Source: Schmidtea polychroa (Eukaryota). Taken from it: 64,000 nt of DNA. Both the position numbers and the translations under genes were made by a program. Location: contig CM097887.1 in the NCBI GenBank assembly GCA_044892525.1, forward strand, positions 72,106,001 through 72,170,000, in the 5' to 3' direction. Below are positions 30,489 through 45,166 of this stretch, one piece after another. The notes beneath the pieces were generated by a model. The model was not told where the DNA came from. It was given only the letters and a program-made list of their open reading frames with translations, and did no database searches. Numbering within the stretch: the stretch's first letter is position 1; every line of letters begins with the position of its first letter.

Positions 30489-31098
30489 GGCTATTGTGTA
30501 GAACAAGGTTTCTCAAAGTGTGCTCCGCGGATCCCATAATCAAATTTGAAATAAAAATTATAAATTTAAATCACCTAAAAATTAAATTATTTTTTCATAT
30601 ATGAAATTAATTTGTTGTTTTAAAATATTCAGATTTACTTAATTTTAACTATATAACTGTTAACTCAATATAGTGCGCTACGCCTACTAGATAACCAACA
30701 ATACAGTGAGTAAGTTATGCCAGGGTTTCTCAAAATGTGCTCCACGAAGCCCTGGGGATCCGCGAGCTAACTCAAAGGGTTCCACAGCTCAAAAAGTTTG
30801 AGAACCACTGGTGTAGAACTACCCTAGACTTTTTAAAAATAAATTAATAAATTAATATTTGTAAAACCCCAAATGAATTTGCTTGATCTCAGTGTAATTT
30901 TGGAAGATAATGAAAAAACAATCCAGTTTTTTATGCATAAAAATTTTATCAAATCTATACAGCTGTGTTCATATAGTTCCAAAGAAATGAGATTTATTTG
31001 GCGTTGCCAGGTTCAAAATAGAAAAGAAAAACACGATATAATATTAATTTACTAATTCATTTTTTAAAAAGTCTATGGTAGTGTTCTACACAATAGCC
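30489..31098 (+). mobile_element. Merlin (IS1595/ISXO2-like) non-autonomous element with a transposase N-terminal remnant (30873-31055)
   Basis: About 55-bp imperfect TIR starting GGCTATTGTGTAGAAC; 8-bp TSD AAAAATTC; MNLLDLSVILEDNEKTIQF...C...M...WRC remnant. Confidence 0.8.
30504..30810. mobile_element. hAT-type MITE inserted in the left TIR of the Merlin element
   Basis: CAAGGTTTCTCAAA ... TTTGAGAACCACTG; 8-bp TSD GTGTAGAA; a second left-end-like sequence at 30721. Confidence 0.88.
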
Positions 31099-34000
31099 AA
31101 AAATTCACTTTATCGAATCTATTTAATTTATATTTTATAGCAAAGTTTTATTTCTTTCAAAAATAAAAATGGTACACTGTAGTCATATATTTAAAATCAA
31201 AATTATTTGGTATGAAAGAGAAATTTTATTTCCACAATTTAATGTTTGCGGCCAAATCAATTAAAATACTTTTAAATTTGGATTCCAACCAACATCAATT
31301 AACATTTCTACATGTTTAGCAGTTTATTAATCATTTGTGTTTTTCTATTTACACAAACGACATTTTGCATTATATTATATTTCCCTTGGTAAAATATGTA
31401 AGAAATCTCATGAAATTCTCATTGATTTTGAAATATTTGGAGACAATTTAGCTGGAAATATTATAATAGTCAACGAATGTTAATACTGGATAACCGTGAT
31501 AAAATAATAAAACAACGGGAAATATGTACTTTGGGAGTGGTATTGATGATGGTTGAAGTACATCTGAAAAAATAGACAATTATGTTAAAAAATTGACATT
31601 ACCGAAAGTAACGATGTACCGGCAGAAAGAATAAGTTTTACAGAAACGCCAAATATTATGAAACCACATTTTATTCAAATATTGTAGAATGAAATGAGTT
31701 GTTCAATGTATTTTTCAAACATAAATGATTGGAAAATCATTAAAAACAAATAATTATGCAAAAAAGTATTTTATCAATAAAGTCCTTAATTTTTTTCTTT
31801 TTATTCACCTTTGATCTCATTTTGTAGTATTTTAACATTACGTTATTAAATAACACCTAGAAAAGAAAAATTTTGAAAAAAATGAAATATTTCATTTTAG
31901 TTATTACCAAAATGAGAATAGTGCTAGTCCCAAAACTAATAATCTTGATCAACTAAAGAATCCAATTATATTTATTTCAAAAATAATTAGATAATGTTAT
32001 TGAAACAGAATGAGATTATACAAGTTTCCTTTTAGCTGAGAAATTTATGAAAATAAAATTTAACTCAACTGGTACGGTTCAAATTAAAAAATGTACTTTT
32101 ATATTATTATAAAAATACAATGTTTCTTAACAAAATAATTATTTCTAAAAGCAAAAATAATGCGGATTGCCTTTAAGTGGAGTTTGGACAAATCCATGTG
32201 TATCAACTTATTACTTTATGAACAGTAATTCTAGTGGTAAGGAAATATGTGTAATCAATGCTTCTTTTCTGGGTTTTCTAAAAAATGCACTAATTTAATT
32301 TATTTTTAAGTTTGTCATTGAGTATGACTCAAAACCAATAAACAAACTTCAAATTTATAAAACACTTGGTCAAATTACAAAGAAGCGCTAGCAAGATGGA
32401 GCGTAGAAAAGTGCATAGCAGTATCTTCAAGGAAAAATTAAATGTAAAATGCACGAAATGCGAAGTATGACTTGGCCAACTTGGATATATGTTACCCATA
32501 AATTTTGTATATTGGCCATCAAGATTTATTTTTATAAATTATATTACAAATTCAATGTATATTCAAGAATAATATAAATTTAAAATAGCAATATACTGTA
32601 AGATAAATTTGAGATCAATAACATGTACGTGGTGCGTTCAATCAGCATACCCCCATAAAAATAGTATTAACAATATTTTAGTGAAATCATAATATATTAA
32701 CGATGGTTATAAAATATAGTCTGTTTTAAAATTCACCTCTAATCGCGTGGGAGCACACTTTCAATTTATTTGTAAAATCATGTTAAGTAATTTTCAAGCA
32801 TCGAAGTGTGATTAAATTTATTTTGAGGGGTGATAGCAGTTAACAAATATAGAAACAGTTGCAGAAAACTTATGGCAATTTTTGTTCCTCTCGTACCACA
32901 ATCTACGATTGGATTAGCCACGGTCGTCAGTCAGTGTTTGATGATAAGAAAATTGGTCGTCCTTGTAAAATTTCTGACCAGAAAAGGCATGAAGATTTGC
33001 AAATTTTGAAAGAAGAACTCCGAATCACTATCTCGTAGTGATTGAATATGAGTACCGGAGGTATGTATGACATCCTGAATATGACGCAAGGAAATCGGCA
33101 TTCATGAAGACAATACTACCAATAAACCTCATTTTTGACAGTGATTGAGAAAATAGATTTTTTCCTTTAGATAATCCTCCCAAGAGTCCCAAATTCTACT
33201 ATTCAGACACATGTAGAAACATTTATGAGGGAAAATATATCAAAATGTTGCAGATTTGCAACAGAATTTGGAACTTTTCTTAAAATATCAAAGCCCACTT
33301 TTCTTCCAAAATTCCTTTTAGGAACTCTTGCATCGCTAGAGGAAGTGTGTGAACCGCAATGAGTTTTATATTGGAAAAAGTTAAATCCATCTTTAAATTT
33401 CTCAGCAAAAATCTTGAAACCAACAATATATATTTAATCAAAGGATTTATAAATAACAAGTTTTTAATTTTTCACAAAAACCGCCAACTCCAATTATTAA
33501 AACAAAAAGATATCTAACTGAAAATAAGGCCTATATACCTTTGTCGTTCTTATGTTAAAACATACCGTTCCTGTTGGTATCCTTTAACACATAGTCCGGG
33601 TACTTATTAAATGCACCACATACATGATTTGAGTTTATGTTTTTCCATATACAACTTTTTCTTTAACTCATGTTCTCTTTAACATTAACAGTTTAACTTT
33701 ACTCAAATAAATACATACGTAAGCCATTTCTACAGTGTATATGAAATGAAATATTTCGACAAAAAATATGTTTATTTATTACGAAATTTAACAAATCCTC
33801 CTTTCTCTCTCTTCCACTCTAATTGAATCTTTCTTTCCGATTTCTATTAACTGTTTGTTTTAAAAATTAAATTTAAATTAAAATTTAATTTTACAATAAT
33901 TTTTATTTTAATTTTGTTTCAATTATTTTATTTTTTGAAATCTATCAGAGCGAACTTCAAGAAAACGAAAAGATTCAATTAGAAAAGAGAAAAATTTGTA

Positions 34001-35968
34001 ATTTAAGTAGAAATATTTTGCTTGCCTTTGAATTTATTTGAATTATTGTTAATATTTTCTAAATTATTTTATTTCATAAATTTAAAAAACAAAATATTTC
34101 CAAAGGTCAATGCTCGAAAATTCCTGTTTAACACAACCTAAATATATTTTAATAGTTTATAAGAAATAAATCTATGGAATTTTTCTTTTCTGTAGAAAAT
34201 TTGTCAATTCATCAAATATTGTAGAAATATATTTTTCGATATATTTATCAAATGAAATTGAAATTACCAACCAATATGCCACACCATAATATGGCGATTT
34301 TGTTCTAGGACAAGAATTTTTCCTTGACTGACATTGCATTTACTTGCATCACAAATTGGATGCCGGTTTGGAAATGGAAAAATTACTTCCAATTTTGAAA
34401 ATTCAATAGATTTAATTTTCTCACCAATTAAAAAAACATTTGGATTTAATCTTAATTTAAATATCACGTTTGAGGTGCTTTCTGAAGAAGTTGACATGTC
34501 TTCTAACTATACCATTAATGAAAAATTATTAAGAAATATATATGAAAATTTGCAATTATGATTAATTGTCTATTTATATCACAGATTTCTGTGTTATAGT
34601 TTATGGATGAAACATTTAATCATAAATTAATTAGACATTACTTTAGATAAAATCACCACAAACGCATATACAAACATCGTGAAACTATTTTTACACAGTT
34701 TGACTAAATATCACATTTTAAATGAAATATTTTTAAAATTTCTTAGCGGGTAGAATCAAATTTTCAATTAGGTCTGAATGGTCGGTTAGTTAGAGTTTGG
34801 GCATCCATGTGTTAAGGCAGTGGCTCTCGAATTCTTAAGGACCTCCTTAATCGACACTACAGAAAATTTAAAAGACCTTTTTAAAATTTAAAAGACCTTG
34901 AAAGGATTAATATAAAAATATTTCATTGGATTTTGCGACTACCTATTCGCAGCAAAAAATGTGTGCTCTATTCGAAAAAGATTCCTTAAAATACGTACTG
35001 AGACAATAACAATTAAACTGTACGGTCAGTAACTGCAAATGCTTAAGACTATATGGCTAATTGAAACGAAAGAGGTAACATTAAAGAATACAGGCATGCT
35101 CATTATATATTAAAAAATAACGTTAAATTTATTTTTGAATGTTCATTATAGCTAATAATAATTTATAAATTATACAGAGGTAAAAAAGAATGGATAATAA
35201 ATATTAATTTGAGTTTAAAATTAAAAATCGAGTTTTTATTTTTCTGTAAAATAATACTCTATTATATGATAATCAGGTTGATTTTGAAGAAAAGTAAAAT
35301 AATCGAATAAAGAATTTTGCACGCAACATTAAAATATCGATAAATTAAAATTCAATAAATAAGGTGTAACCTGATATGAGCAAATTATCGGAGGCTCCGG
35401 ACATTTCAAGGACGTGACAAAAGGAATAGAAACAGTTTCAAATTCAGATTCATTAGAATATTGCATAATTTTGTAAGACATTAAAGTATATGAATCGGAC
35501 CATGGTTTAATTTTGATAGAGAATGAGGAAGATAGTTTATTGAAATCATTATTGGATATAAGTGAATTAGAAGGAGCTATAGACTGCAATCGGCGATTTA
35601 AAACATTTGAATCAACACTGGTATATTTTCTTGAAGCCGATTGAACAAGTGAATTTTCGTTAGCAAGAAAAATAGGACTGTTTGGGGAATTGTCATCCAT
35701 TTTTTCGGATAAATCTCTACTAGGTTTTCTGCTAAGCATTGATAAAGTCGCTGGTGTTTGATAACTGCAAGATAAACTGCTTGGGTGCAGCAACATATCA
35801 GTTAAGACAGCTCTAAATTTCAACACATTTGCTGAGTATTATGTCATATATATATGATTAATTTTTCCATTGAATTTATTAAAAAGAGAGTTTGAAGACT
35901 ATAAATCAGTAATATATCGATGTTTGTTGATACTCACGAATTTTCGGCACTGCCTTTTTCAAGTGAAT

Positions 35969-35970
<2 letters not shown>

Positions 35971-36033
<63 letters not shown>
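35971..36033. repeat. (AT)n microsatellite
   Basis: Perfect AT run. Confidence 0.98.
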
Positions 36034-36036
<3 letters not shown>

Positions 36037-36285
36037 GATAATTCTTATAATTGGAAAACCTTGATTATTAGAACCTAATTCTGAAATCCCAATATTTCGT
36101 ATTACCGAGGTTTTACTGTATAAATATTTTTTATCAATATAATAGACAAATTTGTAACCTTAAATTAATTTTAAATTAAAAAAGCATTTGTTAAAATTTA
36201 TTATATTTATAATATATTTACAGTGTAGTCTCAACTTACAACATGTTTATAGATAATTTTAAATAATTTTAATTCATTCAATTAA

Positions 36286-36488
36286 CCTTCCTAAGGCCGG
36301 CTCAAATTTCTTACATGGAAGACCACTTGGAGTAAATTTATACCCAAATACTTTTTCCCTGTTTAAAGGTTTAAATAATCACACTAGGAATAACTAAAGA
36401 GTGATTGCAATAGGTTCTACATTTAACAAGAATATTCAAAAAAATATGATGCTGTGGTACACAATTACCCCACCTGACTGTAGGAAGG
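36286..36488. mobile_element. piggyBac-type MITE
   Basis: TTAA|CCTTCCTA ... TAGGAAGG|TTAA. Confidence 0.75.
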
Positions 36489-39049
36489 TTAAATAAAGAT
36501 TGTTTCCTAGCCGTTTAATTTAAGCATTGTTTATTAGAGGATTTCAAATCATGGTAAGATTATGTTCGGATTTAGTTTATTCATTGAAATATCAAGGATA
36601 CAATACCGCATATCATACATCTCGTAGCCACGTCTTGAGCACTGTCGAGTGAAGAGGTGGATTATTATTAAATAGTACAATAAGGAGCATGATTGGTTTG
36701 TATGCAGAGGATAGCGTGTTTGTATGTATCTATATAACTATAAATATACATCTATAAAATTACTACCTATCGATAAATTTACATCCATAACGAATGGAAT
36801 TATTAATCTAAAATATTGAAAAACAAGTAGGCTAAACAGTATCGGTTCTGTAACTTGAAATCTCAAATGAATTCTTATCTACAAAATTATAATCTATTTC
36901 GATTGAAAAAGTTATAAATGTCGTAAAAATTGTCTGTCGCTCTGTCATTAGATTTCATAATCTTCAACAACTTGTAATCAATTTTCAACAATAATGAAAG
37001 ATTTTTATCAGAACTAATAACTATTTAAATTATTTTTTACAATAAATAATTCCATATTGCGTTCATTCAAGTAATAAATGCTTTCAAACTGAAAATTATT
37101 AGAACTTAATCCCTTACCCGTGAATTATTTTTAAATATATATTTTCCTACATTGTCAAATTAATTTGGGAAATTGGAAATTGATTAATGAGAAGGCTAAA
37201 GGGAGTTTGCAATTTCTTGTTTATTTTTACCGTATTCAATCACCAACTGACAAATAAAAGTACATCATCAATTATACGGGCACGACAGTGACTGAATGGA
37301 TAGAAAATCATGATTATTGCAGTACAAATAGTTTTGTTACGGGAAGATTAAACGAATAATCTCGAATTTTACAAATAAATGTTTTTTAACCATTCTATAA
37401 AATACAAAATTCTGATGACATTAATCTTTTAATAGTCGCCAATTTGACATTGTTTGAAAAATGATTTATTAATTCATAATAATTCATCGCTAGTATCAGA
37501 ATTAAGAACGATAGCAATACAGTTAGAATAATCTTTTATTATACATTATAAAATTGTTATTGATAAATATATTTTTGTGGTGTATAAAATTAAGAAAAAC
37601 AAGGGAATCTTTTGTAACTGATCTTAATATAATCTAGCATCTATTTTTCTTAGTAAAAAGTGAAATACAAACTACTTGAACATTTGGAAAATGTTTTGAA
37701 AATGCTAGTAATATAGAAATTTAAAAAGTCAATAAAAAGTACGATTATTTAATTAAAATTCTTTGCGAAGAGACTTAATTATTTAAATTATGATAGCGAA
37801 ACCGATAAAACATGTATCAGGAGGATCTTGCTTGGCTAGATTAGGATTGTTTGATATAAATAAAAGCAAATTTTGATAGTTTTTTTAATAATTCTGCATT
37901 TCCTTACATATATCAATAATTTAAATTTATAAGTAAAATTTTAGAATCTAAATTAGAAATTTAATTATTTGATGTCCAAAATTGATTATATACTTCATCA
38001 TACATTATAAAGTAATTCATATTTATAAAATTGAGTATAATTTTTATAATTTTTATTATATTTTAATTTTCTCAATATCTAATTTACATTAACCTAATTT
38101 TTAAATCACAATTTTTAAACAAATACATTTTTTGAAAATATAATCAAAAAATCCAACAATAAGAATTATACATCAAATAATGGTCGAACTAATAAATTAT
38201 ACTGAGGAAAAAAAGAATGGTTAATAAATATTAATTTAAATAATCTGAGTTTAAGATTAAAATTTGCATAATGTTAAAAAATTAATTATCTTTTTAATGT
38301 TTAGAATTTGAATTTATAGAAATTCGCATAGTAATTTAATGGTCATCGTCAGTGTTGCTCTACCTGACCGGGTGTCCAGGCGAAACCCAAAAATGACCGT
38401 GTTGTATCTGAATTAATCTGCAACTTCAATTTGTCGTCAAATAAATAATTTTTTTGTCACAAGATATTTTAAATCGGATTAACTATATTAATTTATTTCG
38501 CGGTAAATTTAAAATCATTTCAAATTTACCGCGAAATTATTGTAGGTATTAACACATCTCTTCTTCTTGATTTTGTTCTATACAGCGCGTTTTGTTTTTG
38601 TTTCGATTAGTCTAAAACGAAAAGAACGAAAAAAGAAATTGACAATTGTGGCCGCAAATACTGATTAAAGAAGAATATCCTGTACTGAGGAAGTAAATGG
38701 AATTTCTATTCAACATTCCCTCCAGTAATTCCTTTGTCGAACGAATTTTTTCAGTAATGGGTTCATTGTGATGGGATAAAAGGAACCGCCTGATCATGTT
38801 AAAGCCGAATTATTAATTTGTAACAATTTAAAAATAAAATGCGACAAATTTCGGGCTATGGCAGCAGGAAATAAAAAGCTTTTAGAAGCAGCACGGAGCA
38901 ATATAAAATACAGTTTTAAAAATAAAAAATAAAATTTACATTGTCTTTACAAAAAATTTTCCTGTTTTTTAAGAAGCAACCCATTTTGTATGTTATTTAA
39001 TTATAATAATAAAATCTTATTTTCCTGTTCCAAAAAAAAATTTTTTACT

Positions 39050-39850
39050 CAAATTCCGGGTCAAAGATTTTCCAAAGCTGGCAACATTGGCCATCGTTAT
39101 CATTTTACAGAATATTTGTTACTGGGTATGAGAGGTACAACACCACGAAATCGAAGATTGTTCTTTAAATATTCAAGCTTCGACAAGTAAATAAAATTAA
39201 GTTAAATCTGGTTTAGCACTTTATGGTTGTATGTCTAATTTAAGCCACCAAAAAATCATTCTATAATACGTATGAGATACAAAGAAGTCTTAGTAAAGAA
39301 TTTGTGTGAGTAAGTAACATTTCGAATAATTGGACTCCAGCTATCAGTAGTTTTTATTCATGGAAACTATATAAAGAGGATGCTCAGGAAATAGTACTAT
39401 CAGCATAACTAAGCCAAAAGTTATAATAATTACAAAAAAAATAATAGAGGTGTCGATAAGGTTGATGCAAGTTCTTATCGTATTACGAGAAAATATTGTA
39501 AATGAAGGTGAAAACTTTCTTGTGGAGATTAAGAGACAACCAGAAAAGAAAACAAAGCATTTGTCACATTTTAGGTTTGTCCGGTAAATTGCGAAATAAC
39601 TTGGAGTGCCTTAAAACTCAGGAAGACGATTACCATCGAATAAAGAAAAAGGCTTAATGACTTAATGAGTTACAAATATTACACCACTGTGAAAACATAA
39701 AAAGAAGAAAGTGTTTGGTATACTCCACTCGAAAATTTAAGATAGGAACATGTAAAACTATTTACTAAAGTGGAAAAAGTCCCTCTAAAACTAGGCATAA
39801 TAGTAGAGAAGGTTTTAAAAGGTGTTTTATTTCAGAAATCATGACATATA
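39050..39850 (+). pseudogene. Decayed piggyBac transposase C-terminal remnant
   Basis: Fragments GMRGTTPRNR (cf. GTxRxNR), GVDKVD...SYRITRK (cf. GGVDxxDQ...Y...RK) and a degenerate Cys-rich tail; multiple stops. Confidence 0.5.
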
Positions 39851-40786
39851 CGAAATTTAAAAAAGACGCAAATATATTGAAACTAACCAAAATACAAAAA
39901 CAAAAAAAAACCTGCATATATTAAGAATTGTACAAAGAAATTGTGTTATTGAATATTGTTTTTCTCAGTTTGGTCGAGTATGCAATGAACACATCGCGTA
40001 TATAATTACTGTTGTACATTAGTCTGTACGTCACTAATCAGTATATATTAATAAAACTTTTTTTATTTTTATTTATCGTTATTCTAGTTATATAATATCA
40101 GTAATCTGTTATAATATAATAATAAATTGTTTATATTTAAATTTTGAAAACCAAAATATCATTTGTTAAAAAATTTTAAATTACTTTGAGAAAAATTTGT
40201 TACTTGGAATAGATTTCATTGTAAACTCAATTTCACCCATTGGATCAAAATTTGAAGTTGAGATAATTATTTCTCCAATAATATCAATATCATATTTTAA
40301 TTGGCCACTTTTAGTCTCATGCTAAAGATATTTAAGACGTATATAATCACTGTAGAATGATTGTGAAACTAAAACAAATCCAGATAAAATCGAAAAAAAT
40401 TAAAATAATCTAATTGCTTGACAAATAAATGTAAAATTAAAATATTATTGGACTGATTTATTAGTTAAATAGCGGGAATTTATTTTTAAAATATGAACCG
40501 AAACGCGTAGGAAAAGTAAGGTTACTACTCTATTTTCGATATATTTGTATATTAAAATTATCATTTAACCCTTCAACTACTCTGGTCATCATATGATATT
40601 CTGAATTTTCTAACCCCGAAACCTCTGGACATCATATGATGCCCAGTGTGTTTTGGTAAGGGAAAATATGAAAATAATTATGAAACGACCTTGTAAATTT
40701 TTTTCATGGTGTGTTTTGATACAGGTCGCCCCATTTAACGAGTTCTAAAACATAGATTGCTATAAAATCGAATTGTTAAGTGATTA

Positions 40787-40967
40787 NNNNNNNNNNNNNN
40801 NNNNNNNNNNNNNNNNNNNNNNNNNNNNNNNNNNNNNNNNNNNNNNNNNNNNNNNNNNNNNNNNNNNNNNNNNNNNNNNNNNNNNNNNNNNNNNNNNNNN
40901 NNNNNNNNNNNNNNNNNNNNNNNNNNNNNNNNNNNNNNNNNNNNNNNNNNNNNNNNNNNNNNNNNNN
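40787..40967. other. Assembly gap
   Basis: Run of N. Confidence 1.
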
Positions 40968-41330
40968 AGTATTCAATAAACATTCCACTGCTTAATATCA
41001 CAATGAAAGATAAGTCTACAAATTTACAAAGTAAAGATCAAAGTAATATTTCGATTGGATTACGAAATAAAGAAAGGCACGTTTACATGAAACCTGATTT
41101 ATCCCAGGTGATAACTGTAAGTAGTGATGTTCTTGAAATGATAACAGTTGTGTTGGATTATGTTTAAAAAGTCGTCAATAAATACATTTTTGGAATACCT
41201 CTTCTGAGTATTTGTGTTAGACAGAATCATTCTGGTAGCAGAACTTGGTACTGGCTAGCCAGCCAGAACAAGGTAATAGATAATTGTTATATGTACTTTT
41301 TGTATTTTTGTATAACAATAAAAATGTGAA

Positions 41331-41531
41331 ATGACAACTGATATGAGTAAAATCGAATTTGAAACAAGTGAAGGGATTTATGATTACGGGTTTGGAAAGT
41401 TATCAGTTATTCAAGCTAGAGCTATAAATCAAATTGTTAAAGGTCGTGATGTAATTGCTCGAGCAGAATCCGGTACTGGTGCAACTTCATTAATCGCGAT
41501 ATTCTCATTGCAATTAACTGATCTTCATTGA
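41331..41531 (+). pseudogene. EIF4A3: eIF4A3-like DEAD-box helicase N-terminal pseudogene fragment
   Basis: [11 protein letters not shown] / [36 protein letters not shown] matches eIF4AIII, with a deletion of about 19 aa, Walker A GKT changed to GAT, and an early stop. Confidence 0.75.
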
Positions 41532-41809
41532 ATCCAAAAATTAATGTGCAGAATGTAGTGAATACTGGTATTTTAAATGTTTTTAAATAATTAATAAAAT
41601 TTTTTAAATTATTAAATTAAATTTTGAAGGTTTAAAATTTTTAAAAATAATATATTAATTTAATTATAAATTTTAAAAATAATTAAATATTTTTATTAAA
41701 AAAAGTTTTTATAAAATTAATAAATTTGTTTAAAATCCATAATTTACATAGTCATTATATCCCAACTGATGATGACAGGAAAACTGTCGAAAAATATCGT
41801 GTAAAGAAT

Positions 41810-41938
41810 NNNNNNNNNNNNNNNNNNNNNNNNNNNNNNNNNNNNNNNNNNNNNNNNNNNNNNNNNNNNNNNNNNNNNNNNNNNNNNNNNNNNNNNNNNN
41901 NNNNNNNNNNNNNNNNNNNNNNNNNNNNNNNNNNNNNN
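41810..41938. other. Assembly gap
   Basis: Run of N. Confidence 1.
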
Positions 41939-44900
41939 CCATTGCGACATGTTGAGTGTGATCAGTACAATTTAGGTATATTTTAGGAGAGCTGAATCAT
42001 TTTACAGTCGATTTTTTGATGTTTTTGAGGTATTTGATGTTATTGTAGTCTATGTTTTATAAATCGATATATTAGGGGTGCGCCGTTTTGATGATACAAT
42101 TTTTCCTTTATATTTAAAAAATGATTTCCTGAAATAGTGAATAATTTTAATTACTTTTAAATTTTTAAAAACTATTATGATTGTAAACGAAGATTCCAGT
42201 GATTTTACAATAGATTATTCATCTGAAAAATATGTAGATGTATGGGAAAAAACAATTGGCAATGGAGATCAACAAGATGATGTTGATTATTGCACATTGT
42301 TTGAAGAACTAAAGAACTTAGAATAGGATAATATTTTAGTCTGTTATTTTTTTGCTTATGTGGGATTAAAAAATGTTTTTAAATGCCGCAGTTAAAGGGT
42401 TAAATATTTCATTAGTTACACATTTCCTTTAAAACACTATATTATACAGAAAATAAATTACAAATAAAAAATAAAGTACTCTCAACTGGTGAATTATGAG
42501 TTTATGTCGCGTCTGTGTGCGTTTTTTTGCTTTTGACATTGGATTGAGTTGTATGCGCACACAGACGCGATCAGTGTAATATTTTAGAATTTTGTAACTT
42601 GTGAGTTTTTTATTAAATGGAATTGAATTGATTTGTTTTTTAGAATTTTTAATTGCTCGAATTTGTTTTTTAAAAAGGATTTGTTGTTTAAATATTGTGA
42701 GTTTCGGTAAAGTTTGAAAATAAAGATTTTTTGTTGATTGGTTTAATTAATTTCAAAATGGAAAATGATATTATAATTGTATGGAGTTTATAATTGTTTT
42801 TTCTAAAAGTTACATTTGTATAATGAATGATGAACAATCATAAAATAGTGATTCAAATAATGAGAAAATGAAGAATAAATGAAAAATTTCGCAAAGTACA
42901 AAAAAACAACAAACATAATTCTTGGATAAATTGATATCAAAATTTTGTCAAGTGTTAACTAAAAAGGTACTGAAAATATACTTTTTTGTAAATGTATATT
43001 TGGAGATTGGAATTAAAACTGATATCGTATTACTAATCCTAATCATAAAATTAAATCCAAAAGAATGTATTCGTTGTGGATTATTTTTCTTAAAATACTA
43101 ATAGTAGTTTCGGCAGTAAATTCTAAAATTGTTTAATATTTTCATCATATTTTTATATTTTCCTAGTTCTTGACTAATTGTCAAATGTACTGTGTTTGAA
43201 TTTTGATAGTCATAAGTGAGTAGAGAACATGTAAGATTTAAAGTAGCAAATTTAAGAGTTTTCTTTAATAAATATAAACGGACAATGATTATTTAACCAG
43301 ATTCAACTTCAAATATATTCATTAACGCGCTCCCATTAACATCTTCATTTATATCTCTTTAATTCACTCTTTTAATTAATTTTAATTCAAATTAAATTAT
43401 TTAATATATAAATCTTTTGCCTAAATTTTTGCTAAATTTAGGAACAATATTATTTATTTTATGAAATAAAATTTTGAGATTTTATTTTGTTATTAATATA
43501 AGGGACTTACAAATTTTGCATAAATGAAATTTGCTGTTTAATTTTATTTGGTAGTAATGATGATTTTAATTTTAGCACTATTTACCATGTTTAAAATAGA
43601 CACAAAATCATTTAATTTTCAATCAATAGTGTATAAAAATAAATGAGAAAATGAAATATACTGAAAAATTATTAATTTTGGAATAGTAATTTAATTGGAA
43701 AAATACAATTTGTCGTTTTATACCTGAAAGCCATGTACCACTTCCTTTATGGTTATTTTTAGTTCTTTATTTTTGTTTGTAAGATTTGGCAGCTGATTTA
43801 TTGATAAAACGGATTTCTAGAAAATGAAAAATAACTCTATAACCATTCCATTGCAAAATTTTAAAAATTGTTTTTTATTAAAAGATGTATTTAATAGATA
43901 TATGTGAGCTCCTACGCAAAATCAAATATCACAGAAGACTGATCTATCCTAAAAAGAGGATTGAATGTCAATTATTAAAGTGGGGAAAGTTAATATTTAT
44001 TTAACTTGAATTTGTGAAATATGAAGAATTTATATAGGAAATGAAAAATATAATAAGTCAAGGAACACGAGGAAAATATTTGGAATTTAGATAAATAGAA
44101 ATTACCCAAAACAGAATTTGAAAGGAAAGAGTTGAATTTCAGCAGAAGAGACAGGAGAATGTATAATTATTGATATAGAAATTGAGACAAATTTCCTAGA
44201 CTATATAGATAATAACATTTCCAGTCATTTTTTAACGAAGACGTGAATTTTAAGTTGAACTTTGGCAAATAATGAAAATTTTAAAATTTTTTACTTTTTC
44301 TCAGTAGTTTTGTGTGTGGAAACAAAACCTCATTGTTCATTTAGTTATTTAAGAATTGATGAATTTCCAGTGAAAAAATATATAAACAGAATTTAATTCT
44401 CATGAAAACTCAAACAAAAATATATTTAATCCATAGGTTTTATTTTGTAAATTATGACACGCACAAATTTATTAAACATTCATATTCAATAAAGTTTAAA
44501 TATTGTGGCTTAATCAATATAATTGAATTTGAGAACTTGTATTGGATGTCATTCACCAAAACATAAATTTTAAGGTTGAGATACATTTAAACGGGTTTGA
44601 CGTGGATAAATTTATTCCCCTCAACAGATTATTTCTCCACATTATAAATTTAAAATTTAAGAGAAATTCAATTGCTATGGAAACTCCAAATTGATGATAA
44701 AATATCGGAATTGTTCTATTGATAAACCATCTTGCATTACCCTTAAATTCGATTTCTTTAAATGTATCATGAAAATGAGTTTTGTGATTGTTTAAAATTT
44801 TATTGAATTAAAATTTTATTATTTTCAAATTATATATGAATATTGTGACTTGATCAATTTCACTAAATTTGAGAACTTCTATTAGAATTCATTTTCTATT

Positions 44901-45166
44901 AATAGTTTTGATTAAAATTATCTTTCATTTATCATTCGAATTTTCAATTATTTCTTTTCATTAAATAGGTTTCATTGAATATTATATAGAAAATGTTCAA
45001 CAAACCTTGTCTTGTCTTTACACACGTAATAAAAATCTTAAAATTCATATTTATTAAAATAATTATATTTAATTACAAATCTTATTAATACTAAAAGCTG
45101 CCCATGTGGCTTAAATAAACTATTTAATTTACTAGGAGCCCACATTTCAGTTTTTAAAAATACCTA

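Noticed and set aside
32600-33450. Possible Tc1 transposase relic (GRP-K-like fragment)
   Set aside because: Too degraded; no TIR/TSD pair or DDE motif recognised.
35870-36064. ORF with a YIYIYI repeat
   Set aside because: Translation of the AT microsatellite.
40735-41986. ORFs made mostly of X
   Set aside because: Artefacts of the N gaps.
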